Assembly: GCA_024679065.1 (NCBI GenBank)
Contig: JAGIQG010000005.1
Span: forward strand, 47,926,001-47,990,000
Source: Sphyrna mokarran
Lineage: Eukaryota
Length of the DNA: 64,000 nucleotides
Reading direction: 5' to 3'
Shown here: positions 12,891 through 25,223 of the stretch, piece after piece
How the letters are laid out: each line of letters begins with the position of its first letter
How positions within the stretch are numbered: position 1 is the first letter of the stretch
Notes under the pieces: model-generated
The model's database searches: none
What the model was told of the DNA's origin: nothing
What the model saw: only the letters and a program-made list of their open reading frames with translations
Program-made: the position numbers and the translations under genes

Positions 12891-15794
12891 AAGTGAATGT
12901 TTGTTCTGTTGATTGTCCGAATTGGATTCCCAGACTGAGCGATGGGGTTAGGGAGATACGGTAGAGGTGCAGATCGGCAATGGTTCTATCGCTCACCTCG
13001 CGAAACAGCCAGAAAACCCAGGGAAAAGGTGTGAACCTAATGGGAACCAAAACGATCTCAGAGAGGACCAGTTGGAGGTGCTTCCCCAACTTTCCATCAT
13101 AACGAAATCCGCCACCCCATCCCTCTCCATGTGAGCAAATTGATATTTAAACTCTGCTTCTAAGGAACTTGAACATTAGCTTGACTCTAAAATAGCTTCT
13201 GTGTCATGGCTTGAGTGTAAGTTTGGCCGAAAAGGGTGAAAATAATTTAAAAGAATCTCTGCAAGAGGTAACACCTCACTCGTATTTAACATTGCACGCA
13301 GTGTATTTCTAACATATGTTAAATCTGAAATTTGAAGTGTTCAAGGCCCTATGGTCTTCTTGCACATTTTCCCAACCTATCTGGAAAGGCTGGGAATGTC
13401 CATGGGGTGCTCCTGTCTCTGAAGGTTTAAATTCCTCAGTCTCCTGTAGGGGACGTTTGCAGTTCCAAACTGAAAATACAAACTAGTCCCTGCAAGGTTG
13501 GAACTGAGACCACAGCCACCCGGATCAGACCGGAAGCTACCGTATAATTGCAACAGCTGACCTGGAAATAATGAATATGGATACGGAGTGTTGAAATGGA
13601 AAAGTGTTCCCATTTCCCAGTATTAGCCTTCTTCAACTTGACACACAAATAATCTCACCGAAACACTCCTTGAAGAAAATATTTGAAGAGGAAGGTTTCA
13701 CAATGAAGAAAGTTAAAATCTCAGAACATGGAGCGGTCATTAATACACTGTGAATTATTTACAATTTAACACTCTGTTGCCAACTGGATTAACAATTTAT
13801 CGAGTAGTACCGTTTTGGAATGACAAGGCTGGCACCTAGATTACTTCCTTTTGTGTCTAACGGCTCTGCATGAGGTTCCATGCCAGTGCCACTGACATGC
13901 AATGCAGGATGCGCCACTGCATTCCATTGAATGTCACGTTTTCTTTGTTAGTCTTATCAACGGCTAGAGAATATAGAATTGGGAGTGATTACAGTTTCAT
14001 TAAGTGAGGCTTATAGAACACAAATTATGAGAAAGAAGTCTAAAAGGATTAGTGGCATCATTTCAAACCTAAATTATCATGCAACCATGTAACCATTTCC
14101 ACTGTGTAAGTCTTAATTCAACAATATGTAGATTGTCTCGTTCATAAGGATATTTCGGACCCACTTAGAATATGCGGATCCACACCAGAATATTGTGAAT
14201 ATTAATATTCAAAGTATTCTACGCCCCGGATGCTGGGTAGACTCACTCTGAAGAATTGGGAAACATTCAATGGTTTCATGAATGACCAATTTCTGGGGGA
14301 TAATCCAATTATTACATGCTATGCAGAAATAACTTTTTTCTAATAAAAATGCAAGAACATGTATGGTGAGTAGTCTTCAATGACCATGAAATTATGCATA
14401 TCTCAATGGGGCATTTGATAGAAACTCTGTCAATATCAACGCACAAGGTGAGAAGATTGGTGAACTTGGAGCCATAAATATCTGTTATCATTATTATCGA
14501 TATCATTAATAGTGAGAATTGTTGAGTAGCTAGCCGGAAACTTTTGTAAATGGGGCCAAACAAATCATTGCTTTATACATGAGCCTCAAATAATGAAGTT
14601 ATCAAAATGTAACTTTAAATACCTTTGTACTTTGAATATCCCCAACAACAAAAACAAAGGTGCACCACTCCTACACAAAGCTCTTAAACACCTAATGATG
14701 GAGGATAGTAGTGGCGAGGGAGGGGGATGGGTAGCAGCGAGATGCGGTTTAGTCTGGCCGAAATTTATTTGCAGAAAACTCACAAGAGACATTAGATGGC
14801 TGGCAATCCCGGCCACTTTGCAGTGGGATATTCTGATGACAGCAAATGTTCAATGAATTATATTTTTAAATAATATATTTGTTTCTTTTTTGCGTTCTCC
14901 GTCTCTGTTGTCTTTTCCCCCTTCCTACGTTGCTTTCCGCGTGTGTGGCAAGGTAACACGCATATAAGAGAGACGCATAGGAAATTGCTGTGGGAACATT
15001 CTAAACGCCTGCATTCATCGTCCTTGTAATTTTTTTACTATGTAAAGTAGGAAACGTTCACTGTGAAGGATTAATGGCAGGGAAGCCAAGCGCTTCTAGT
15101 CTTCAAAGAAAAAGAATCGCCTGCAAGCAATTAAACTTCTGAGATTGTAATATCTTCTGACCCGGCGGAAAGAAACAATTAAATTCAAATCACGTCTAGC
15201 TAACATCTGGACAAATTTGAGCAAATGATTTTTCAGTCTTTTCTTTCCAAAATCATTGGTGGGAATTTTAGAGGATTTGTTATAAACAACCACAGAGACA
15301 TTTTTAAAGACTTTTTTTGTCGGATCTGATTAAAACTGCAAGACTCATTAAGGTTTGTAATTATTTATGCTGTTCTGAAAACTATTTTTTTAACTCTAAT
15401 GTACTGCGTAAAACAAACCGTGGGCTTGATCATTTAAATGTATCTAAGTATTTAGCACCCACTTTTCCCACTGAATGAAATAATGTTTTAAAGTTTTGGG
15501 AACTCCTATTTAATGAGTTTTTAAAGGGCATAAAATCAGCGACCAGTTTATACAATTCACCATTTTGTTTCTGTCCACTTCAAATGTGTGTTGATGCATT
15601 TGTTGGAAAAAAGCCTAAAATCACAGTGTTTGGAGCTTTCAGTCAGGCACATGCTACTTGGAGCAGATGCGACACAAATCATCCACCTAATTTCAAATAT
15701 CGCATACTGTTCATGTTTCATTACCGAGCACCTGCAATATTAATAACAACCGATTCTTTCTGCGATCCCTGAAAAGAATAAGTGAATGACTCAC

Positions 15795-15936
15795 TTTGTG
15801 GCCAAAATCATGTTCTTTCGGGAGTGCAACTCGCTGGGATCTGTGTGCTGTCTGTTCAGGTAGTCGGCCGCAGCTTTGGCAGGGAATTCTGTTTCACAGA
15901 TATACCCAAAATCCCGGGCTAAATGCACGGCTTCAC
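15795..15936 (-). CDS. TFAP2B: TFAP2B exon 6 (helix-span-helix, [21 protein letters not shown]...KNMILATK)
   Basis: Manual translation. Acceptor CTTACAG, donor AA|GTGAGT, 142 nt, phase 1 to 2. Confidence 0.97.
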
Positions 15937-16541
15937 CTGTAAGACAGAACAAAATAATTTTCATTCATCGTTCACATATAGACACGTATGTACTTGCGTA
16001 TGCAAGTTTTCACCTATATCCTATATATATCAATATCTGCACACAAATTTATCAAAGGGCTGGAAAATGAATGGAGCAAAAAAATTAATCACGAACAATA
16101 TTAACCGTGCATTGACCTAATCTGTTACAATTTACATTTCGAGAGTTTTGTGTCTACGTCGCACCGTGCGGTGCTAGTATCAGTAGTATTAAGTATCCCT
16201 CTCGGGTAGGTTATGTCTCTTAATGTACTATCCTTGCATCAGCTCGGAATATTCTCTGCACCACCTCCTCTGAGAATTCAGGAGAATCTCCAAGCTGAGA
16301 AGTAAATGGGCTCCCAATATGCTATATTCTTACATCTAATAAATTTAACATTGAGATGATCTGATTAACAAATATGCATATGCTAATTTAGCAATCCCTG
16401 TCTCCTATCGGCGAAACTAGAAGGAAAGGTCAAAACCAAGTTATCTACGGCTAATATTTTACACATTACAAGCAATTCCAATTTAATATCTTCCAGTTTA
16501 TAATGTTCTTTTTTCACATGATTTACTTTGTGTATACAGAT

Positions 16542-16565
16542 GATAGATAGATAGATAGATAGATA
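16542..16565. repeat. (GATA)6 microsatellite
   Basis: Directly visible. Confidence 0.9.
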
Positions 16566-19162
16566 TAATTCTTCGTTAAGAATAGAGTGTGGAGAAATTA
16601 TTCTATATTAAGAATACAGCGTAGGGCAAGGGTGAGGGAATACCTGGGAAGTTGGAATGGAGTAGATTGGAATTGGAATTATTTGGAGCTCGCATCTCAC
16701 ATCCAGATTTAGGTAGGTTTTTATCTCACACATAGTTCATAAACATTGTGAGCAAAACTCACACATCTCGTTATCGATACAAAGTGGCTTAATCACTATT
16801 GTGAGAATACATTGTCAAAATAAAGCTTCTAAGAATTTAAAGGAAATATTTGGATTAATTAGTTTTTTTTGCAAAATGGTAGCTATGTTGTTACCTTTTG
16901 GCCTATATGTTATGTGTTCAGTAATTAGACGGCGCATATATGTTGCTGAGTTTTGTCGGGTTATGTGATGGTTTGCTTTACTTATATCGTAGTGGCTAAG
17001 ATATTCGTTATTTACCTCAGGTAGATGTTTAAGTATTTGCTGTAGGCAATCTAAAACAAATGCCCGTTGAACTACGTTCATTCCAAAGCAGTTGACTGTT
17101 ATGAAGGGGCTGACTGTGTAACATTTATCTTTGAAAAGATAAATATTGTAATTAAACGAAGGACCCCCAGGAGTTTCTAACAAGCAGCAACTGAGTGTTA
17201 CTTGCCAAAATAACAAACTGCAACAGTGAAGTGTGAGCTTTCAGAATGTGATCAGTAATGTCTGATGGCACTCATGCAGAAGCAAGAAGAATAATTACAA
17301 TCCATCTATCTGTTTGTCTATCTGTCATGGAATATATATTCTGTATATGGATATCCATCTGTCTGCGTCATGCAAGGAGCTGCTATCCAGCATTCTCCAC
17401 ATAAAATGTTGAGAACTTAGATACATTTTTCAAATAAGAATTAGAAAAATAGTATTGCCAATTATGGCGAAATAATATGGTACAATTTATTTCCATTGGG
17501 GACAATAAACTACAATACAGTAAACAAGACAGTTTACTTTGGAGCAAGACAATTCTTAAATAGTACTGTTTGCAAACTTTGTGGGTCAATTAAGAACAGC
17601 TAAACAAATCCTCATCAGAATAATTTAAATTGCTGTAAACTGATAAATACTCTCTTGTTCCCGCCCTCTTCTATCTCTGAGATGTTTTTAAAATGCAGTT
17701 TAAACAGCACAGACCAGATAGAAAATACCTATTCCCTACATAGCCATTTTAAGTATGCATGTGTGTTTATTAAGAACACTCTGCAGGGAGTTCCATGTCA
17801 CCAACCTTCCCCGCCTGATGCTGATGTTTCAGAGTGCAGGGAAGGCTGGGTAACACTACAAAGCCAAGCTCTGGGGGAATTCCAGTAGATAATGCCTCAA
17901 CCCTCCAGCATTGAATCTTTTCAAACAAAGTACTTTGCAGGGGATAGCTTAGGCATTGCATATGAAATTATCACCGGCACTAGATGATTCAAACAGATAC
18001 CGTACAGCTAATGATCAAACAAAGCATTGTCTTTTTAAAAAATTGATTTAGCCCTAATGACGGTGTTGCCATAAAACACATATTCATAAAGTACAATTTT
18101 CAATTTCTGTTACATCTTCTGGAGAACAGAATTGGAAAAAACATAGTTTAATCAGCTCACTAATTTTAAATATTTATTATGTTGACCCACACAGGAACGA
18201 TAATTTTGTATGTATATGTCAGAAGCCGCGGTAAACAGAAAATGGGTAATAGACATTCTACATATCTGCAATGCCAATTTTCCTATTATGAACCATTCAA
18301 CAATATTATAGAATATTTCAGTATTGTTACTAGAAGAATACACAAGATCAACGATTCTTTAGTTGTTTAAAAATGTATAACATTAATTCCATTAATTATT
18401 TAATTCATAACCCGACCCAGTTTTCGTAAAATTAGATGGGCTTGTATCCTTTATTGAGAAATATGATTTATTTACATAATTGTGCACACACGAATGATAG
18501 TGATTTTTTTTTCTAAACACGTTTTAGTTAGCATTAATACGGACTGGGGAAGCGATGCTGGGAAATTATGAGGGAGAAGAAACGGGTACTCAAATGTACT
18601 TCATAGCATTGCACAGGAAAATAAATAGAAATATAAATAGGAAAAAAGTTTTGTGTGTGTTTGTGCGTATAGGAAACTAATTTTTTGAAAACCTAAACAT
18701 TTGAACATACGAACATTTGAAGGCAACTACAAATTATTCATGAAGGTTAATTAAAACTCTTTATGGCCACAAGGTAAATGTATTTCTAACATTTATTTAT
18801 TATTTGCACCATACGTATGCAAAATTAATTAATTAATGATATATTTTTTCTTGGAAGTTCAAATAAATTGTTTGCTTAACATGTTTTTTTAATAATCGTG
18901 AAAATAAAATAACTACGATATTTTGGTCACTGATTCTCACAACTATCTTCAGTGCAATGAGCATTGGCCAATGTGCAATAAAATAACGCAGCGAAATTAT
19001 ATCCCTGTCATCATGATCTATATTGAATACGGGCACACAAATAACCATCAGCTTCTTGAGTGATTCAGATAAGTTATTGTGGGCGGCATTAATTTTGGGA
19101 CCATCATGCCCATCAGGTCCAGCCAAGAGAGTTTCTTAATGAAAGTGTTACCGTGTCTTTAC

Positions 19163-19281
19163 CTTCTACTAGCGAGGTTAGTAAAGTGACATTTGCAGCT
19201 TTACGTCTGCCTGCGGGTAAATTTAATCCGATCTTCTCTAGTTTTTCTCTCAACGACCTTCCACCGTTTTTCGATTTGGCT
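19163..19281 (-). CDS. TFAP2B: TFAP2B exon 5 (basic region, [39 protein letters not shown])
   Basis: Manual translation. Acceptor TTTTCAG, donor G|GTAAAG, 119 nt, phase 2 to 1. Confidence 0.97.
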
Positions 19282-19919
19282 CTGAAAACAATACAGAATA
19301 CATTTTCAAACTCTGCAATACAATAAGAAGCCGTCTTTAAACTATGTGTGTTTCTATGTAGAACCGTTCAAAGACTACACGCGTCCACAAAATTTCATAC
19401 ATCCCAGAAAAGGAAGACTCTATTAAAAGGTGACTCTGCACACGAGGTTCCAGCGGAAATTTATAATGATACCCATGGGCCAAGTCATTATTTCTTAAAG
19501 ATGTAGTTATACAGCTATTTTCATCTTAACAGTGAGCTGTTTTGAATGTGTATGAACCCAAACATGGCAATATAATTGGAAGGCAACTCCCAAGGTAAAC
19601 CCAGTACACTAACGGCAGGAAATTGTGACATCATGCTACAAGACTCCTTCTCCCACCATTTTGAGTTCACATGAGGTGCAGTGTAACGTCAGGTCAAAGC
19701 AAGGCCAATTTTCAAAGTACTGAATTGGTCAAGTAAATGATCGTGGTGCTTTATAAACTTATCTCTTCTTTAGGAGGTGATTTTCTTTTGTTTCCTCTAG
19801 TCAAAATCTGTATTTTCCTGAGTGCATTGGAGATGAGACACTGTCGGCAGCATAACCTTGGTGAACTAGCTAACTACTCCACTAGCCTAACTCTGGTAAC
19901 TGCAAACTAACTGTAGACT

Positions 19920-20848
19920 TAGAGCACTGCAGCCTCAGAGAACCGCAGCGTCAAGGTACTGCAGCTTAGGGTATTGCAGCTCAGGGTACTGTAGCTTAGG
20001 ATATTGCACTTCACGATACTGCAGCTCAGGGTATTACAGCTTAGGATTTTGCAGCTCAGGGTATTGGAGCTGAGGGTATTACAGCTCAGAGTGCAGCATT
20101 CAGAGCATTGCAGCTCAGGGGTATTATAGCTAAGGGAATTACAGCTCAGGATATTACAGCTCAGAGTGCTGCAACTCAGAGTACTGCAGCTCAGGATATT
20201 ACAGCTCAGGGTTTTGGAGCTCAGGGTATTACAGCTTACAGCACTGCAGTCAGCATATTACAGCTCAGAGTGCTGCAATTCAGGGTATTGCAGCTCAGGG
20301 TATTACAATTCAGACCATTGCAGTCAGCATATTACAGCTTAGGGTGCTGCAGCTCAGGGTATTACAGCTCAGGGTATTACAGCTCAGAGTGCTGCAGCTC
20401 AGGGTATTGCTGCTCAGGGTATTGCAGCTCAAAATATTACAGCTCAGAGTGCTGCATTCAGAGCATTGCAGCTCAGGTTATTGCAGCTCAGGACATTACA
20501 AGCTCAGAGTCTGCAGCTCAGGATACTGCATTTTGGAGTACTGCATCGCAGGGTATAACAGCTCAGGGTATTGCAGCTCAGGGTATTACATCTGAGGGTA
20601 TTGCAGCTCAGGCTGCTGCAGCTCAGGGTATTGCAGCTCAGGGTATTGCAGCTCAGGGTATTACAGGTCAGGGTACTGCAGCTCAGGGTATTACAGCTCA
20701 GAATGCTGCAGCTCAGGGTATTGCAGCTCAGAGTGCTGAAACTCAGAGTACTACAGTTCAGGTATTACAGCTCAGGTTGCTGCAGCTCAGACTATTACAG
20801 CTCAGAGTATTACAACTCAGGGTATTACAACTCAGGGTATTGCACCTC
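19920..20848. repeat. 15-bp minisatellite (GCTCAGGGTATT[A/G]CA)n, left part, about 60 units
   Basis: Directly visible tandem array. It produces the QGIAA / LRVLQ / SSGYY repeat ORFs. Confidence 0.95.
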
Positions 20849-23225
20849 ATAAAACAGAACATTACAGTGCAGTACAGGCCCTTTGGCCCTCAATGTTGCG
20901 CCAACCTGTGAAATCAATCTAATGTCCATCTAATCTACACTATTCCAATATCATCCATATGTTTATCTAATAACCATTTAAATGCCCTTAATGTTGGTGA
21001 GTCCACTACTGCTGCAGGCAGGGCATTCCATGCCTTTACAACTCTCTGATATCTGTCCTATATCTATCACCCCGCAATTTAAAGCTATGTCCCCTCGTGC
21101 TAGCCATCTCCATCCAAGGAAAAAGGCTCTCACTGTCCACCCTACATAATCCTCTGATGATTTTATATGCCTCTATTAAGTCACCTCTTAAAGTTATTCT
21201 CTCTAACAAAAGCAGCCTCAAGTCCTTCAGCCTTTCCTCATAAGACCTTCCTACCATACCAAGCAACACCCCGATAAATCTCCTCTGCACCCTTTCCAAT
21301 GCTTCCACGTCCTTTCTATAATGTGGCAACCAGAACTGTATGCAACACTCCAAGTGCTCCAGAGTTTTGTACAGCTGCAACATGACATCATGGCTCCTAA
21401 ACTCAATCACTCTACCAAGAAAAGTTAACACACCATATGTCTTCTTAACAACCCTATCAACTCGGGTGCCAACTTTCAGGAATCTATGCACATGGACACC
21501 GAGATCTCTCTGCTCAACCACATTACCAAGTAACATATCATTAGCCTAGTACTCTGTATTCATGTTACTCCTTCCAAAGTGAATCACTTCACATATTTCC
21601 ACATTAAACTCCATTTGCCATCTCTCAGCGCAGTTCTGCAGCTTATCTATGTCCCTCTGTAACCTGCACCATCCTTCCACACTGTCCACAACTCCAGTGA
21701 CTTTAGTGTCATCCACAAACTTGCTAATTCATCCTTCTATGCCCTCATCCAGATCAGTTATAAAAATGACAAACAGCAGTGGCCCCAAAACAGATCCTTG
21801 CAGCATACCACTAGTAAATGAACTTCAGGATAAATATTTCCCATCAACTGCCACCTTCTTGCAGTTAGCCCATTTCTGATGCTAAGTCGCCCTTAATCCC
21901 ATGGTCTTGTATTTCCTGCAATAGCTTATCATGGTAAATCTTATGAAACATTTTACTGAAATCTGTGTACACGAAACAACTGCTTTATCCTCATCCACCT
22001 CTTTGGTAACCTTCTCAAAGAACTCAATAATGTTTGTGAGACACGACTGACCAAAGAACAAAGAACAACACAGCATGGGAAACAGGCCCTTTGGCCCAAT
22101 GAGCCCGCGCCGTCATTTTAACATTGTGAGTTCCCTCTTCCACCCATGATCTTTGTCTATGCTTATGGCACTCCACACTGGAAACCAGATTGAGGGGAGA
22201 CAATTTAGGGACAATTTGTCACACCAACCAGCCTAAGAGCACATCTTTGGAATGTGGGAGGAAACCAGAACACCCGGAGAAAACCCATGCAAGCACGGGG
22301 AGAAAGCGCAAACTCCCATAGATACTGGCCTAAATCATGTATCTGCAGTGCAAACAGTGATAGTCACTGTCGTGTTGCCCATCAGCTAGTCCAGTTTAAG
22401 CATATTCTAACAATGTGAAGCACTAGGCTACTCTTGAAACATCCAAGAGCAGCCCTCGCACAACCCACTGTGTGTATGCCCCTTGTTGGTCAACAAGGCG
22501 GACCGAAACACCCGTGGATTAAAAGAGAAAAACCCTTCACAAAACCATCCCTAATCAAATTATTCCTTTCTAGATGATTATAAATCCTATCTCTTATAAT
22601 TCTTTCCAAAACTTTGCCCACAACAGAAATAAGGCTCAGTGGTCTATAAAACCAGGGTTGAACCTATTCCCCTTCTTAAACAAGGGGGCAATATTTGCTA
22701 TCCTCCAGTCTTCTGGCACGATCTCTGCAGACAATGATGACCTAAAGGTCAAAGCCAAAGGCTCTGCAATCTCCTCCCTAGCCTTCCAGAGAATCCTAGG
22801 ATAAATCACATCTAGCCCAAGGGACTTACCTATTTTCATACTTTCCAGATTCCTCTTATGAACCTCAATCCTGTCTAGTCTGATAGCCGTATCTCAGTTT
22901 TCTCCTCAATAACATTGTCTTTTTCCTATGTAAATACAGATGACAAATATTCATTTAGCACCTCTCCTATCTCTTGGGACTCCTCTCACAGCTTCCCACT
23001 ACTGTTCTTGACTGGTCTTAATCTCACCCTAGTCATTCTTTTATTCTTGACATACCTATAGAAAGTATTAGGATTTTTCCTTGATCCTGTCTGCCAAAGA
23101 CTGTACTTTCGTGGCTCTTCTTAGCACTCTCTTTAGGTCCTTCCTGGCTAACTTATAACTCTCAAGCGCCCTAACTGAGCCTCCATGTCTCATCTTGACA
23201 TAAGTCTCCTTCTTCCTCTTCACAA
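20849..23225 (-). mobile_element. 5'-truncated, decayed CR1 (HER1-like) LINE inserted in the minisatellite
   Basis: ORFs 21036..21536, 21882..22076 and 22636..22839 carry CR1 ORF2 motifs (PEDWRIANIAPLFKKG, SCLTNIIEF, QRDLGVHVH, LERVQRRF, TRGHSFKL). The 3' tail is at ~20850. Confidence 0.92.
22052..22532 (-). mobile_element. Nested insertion: structured segment + decayed tRNA head + V-SINE core + CR1-type tail
   Basis: Interrupts the host LINE (GACACGACTGAC|...|CCCTTCACAAAACC) and is colinear with 63253-63725. Confidence 0.85.
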
Positions 23226-23735
23226 GTTCAGGGCATTACAGCTCAGAGTGCTGCAGCTCAGAGTGCTGCAGCTCAGAGTATTACAGCTCAGGGTGCTGCA
23301 GCTCAGGGTATTGCAGCTCAGAGTGCTGCAGCTCAGGGTGCTGCAGCTCAGGATATTACAGCTCGAGGTATTACGGCTCAGAATATTGCAGTTTAGAGTA
23401 TAATAGCTCAGGATATTACAGTTCAGGCTGCTGCAACTCAGGTTATTGCAGCCAGGTTATTGTAGCTCAGCGTATTATAGCTCAGGATATTATAGCTCAG
23501 GGTGCTGCAGTTCAGGGTACTGTAGCTCAGGGTATTGCAGCTCAGGGTATTGCAGCTCAGTTTATTGAAACTCAGGATATTATAGCTCAGTGCTGTAGCT
23601 CAGGGTATTGAAGCTTAAGGTACACTCAAGGTATTGCAGCTCAGGATTTTACAGCTTAGGGTATTATTGTTCAGGATATTGCAGATCAGGGTTCTGCAGT
23701 TTGGGGTACTGCACTCAGGGTACTGAAACTTCAGG
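23226..23735. repeat. 15-bp minisatellite, right part, about 34 units
   Basis: The same unit resumes immediately after the LINE. Confidence 0.95.
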
Positions 23736-23969
23736 ACAGTCATGGATAAAACTAAACTGTTGCTGATACTTTTGAACATCCATTGATGTGACGGTGAAAG
23801 TGTCTGGACATTCCCCTATCTAATAAGTTTGATGGAGTAAAAGCACTTCCAAAGATTTTAATTACAATCAGTTCAATGTGATGAAATAAGTGAAATTCTT
23901 GCCTGCAGTCTTCAGAAGAATAAAATATATTGGGGGTGCGGTCAAGTTTTATTTTCATTCTTTTTTGTT

Positions 23970-24490
23970 AAGGAACATACTAATTTGGACCAGGAGTAGG
24001 CCATTTGGCCCTTCAAGCCTGCTCCCCAATCCATAAGATGATGGCTGATCTGATTGCAGTCTCAATTCTACATTCCTGCCTTTCCCCATAATGTGCCACA
24101 CCTTTGCTTATCAATAATTTATTCAGCTCTGCCTTAAAAATATTCAAAGATTCTGCTTCCATCACCTTTTGAAGAAGAGTGTTCCAAAGGTTCTATGAAA
24201 AGAAATATATCTCCTCCTATCTTCAATAGGTGACCTCTTATTTTTAAACAGTGACTCCTACTTCTAAATTCTCCCACAAGAGGAGACATCCTTTCCACAT
24301 CTACCCTGTCAAAACCTCTCAGGATCTAAAGGTTTCCATCAAACCTCTTCTAAACACCAGCCTTGTCATAAGACAACCTGCCCATTCCAGATATTAGTCC
24401 GGTAAACCTTCCCTGAACAGTTCCTAACACTTACATCTTTCCTTAAATAAGGAGACCAGCACTGTGCGCAATATTCCAGATGTTGCCCAC
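23970..24490 (-). mobile_element. CR1-like LINE 3' fragment
   Basis: Tail AGGAGTAGGCCATTTGGCCCTTCAAGCCTGCTCC plus a decayed ORF2 end. Confidence 0.7.
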
Positions 24491-25006
24491 ATAGCGAGGA
24501 ATCTGATGTTCTGATCAGTGGCCTCATTGTTTATTTTAACAAAACGAAGTATGGGAGAATCACTTGTGTTCAAACATCCTTACCTATGGATGCTTTGTGA
24601 CTGACCCATCGCGTGATGCAGCGGAGAGTATTCCTCAGATCTGCCACTGAGTATACAGGCTACACATGTAAGTTTCAGACAGGAGGTTTTGGCATAGCTG
24701 TACTCTTACATGCCCACTGGCATCCAGATTTGTGTTTTAATGATTACTAATGCTTTGTTCTATAGTTTTGAGAAAGGACAAACAGAAGAGTGAATATGAA
24801 TATATTGACTATAATATTATGGTATGTTAAAAAAGTGCTCGAGTTCCATACGTCTGATGGATGGGTAGATGGACAAAACTGCGACATGCCGTCCAAGCAT
24901 AAAAGTCCAAGCATTTTGTGCGGTGCAGCAAAAGTGCCGAATGTTTTTCTGCACATTTCCAAGTGATTCATTGTAAAAAATTGGTTTGTGTGTGTATGTG
25001 ACCTAC

Positions 25007-25223
25007 CTCCTCAGCACTCCCCCCAACAATGATGCGTTCAGACATTCTGGTGGGGACAGGCGCCTCTGGACTTCTCCCACAGTCACCTTGTACTTGGACG
25101 TGGAGCTCAACAAGGATAAGCGTCCGGGCACCGAACAGAATACCTCGTTATGGTTAGCAATTCCACCGAGTAGATTGTCTTTATTCATCATCAGAGAAGT
25201 GATATTCTTCTGAGGAAGAGGGA
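25007..25223 (-). CDS. TFAP2B: TFAP2B exon 4 (start of DNA-binding region, [23 protein letters not shown]...GGVLRR)
   Basis: ORF 25003..25242. Acceptor CCTTTCAG, donor AG|GTAGGT, 217 nt, phase 1 to 2. Confidence 0.97.

Noticed and set aside
20108-20911. 267-aa repetitive ORF ([10 protein letters not shown], superficially like an antifreeze or pentapeptide-repeat protein)
   Set aside because: By-product of a stop-poor 15-bp array. All three frames are open in parts, the frame drifts, the start is non-ATG, it is antisense within an intron and it runs into a LINE tail.
19920-23735. CRISPR-like array, Ig-switch-like (AGCT-rich) region or AP-2 autoregulatory site array
   Set aside because: There are no unique spacers and no Ig context. 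AGCTCAGGG has only one AP-2 half-site, missing the GCC half of GCCN3GGC.
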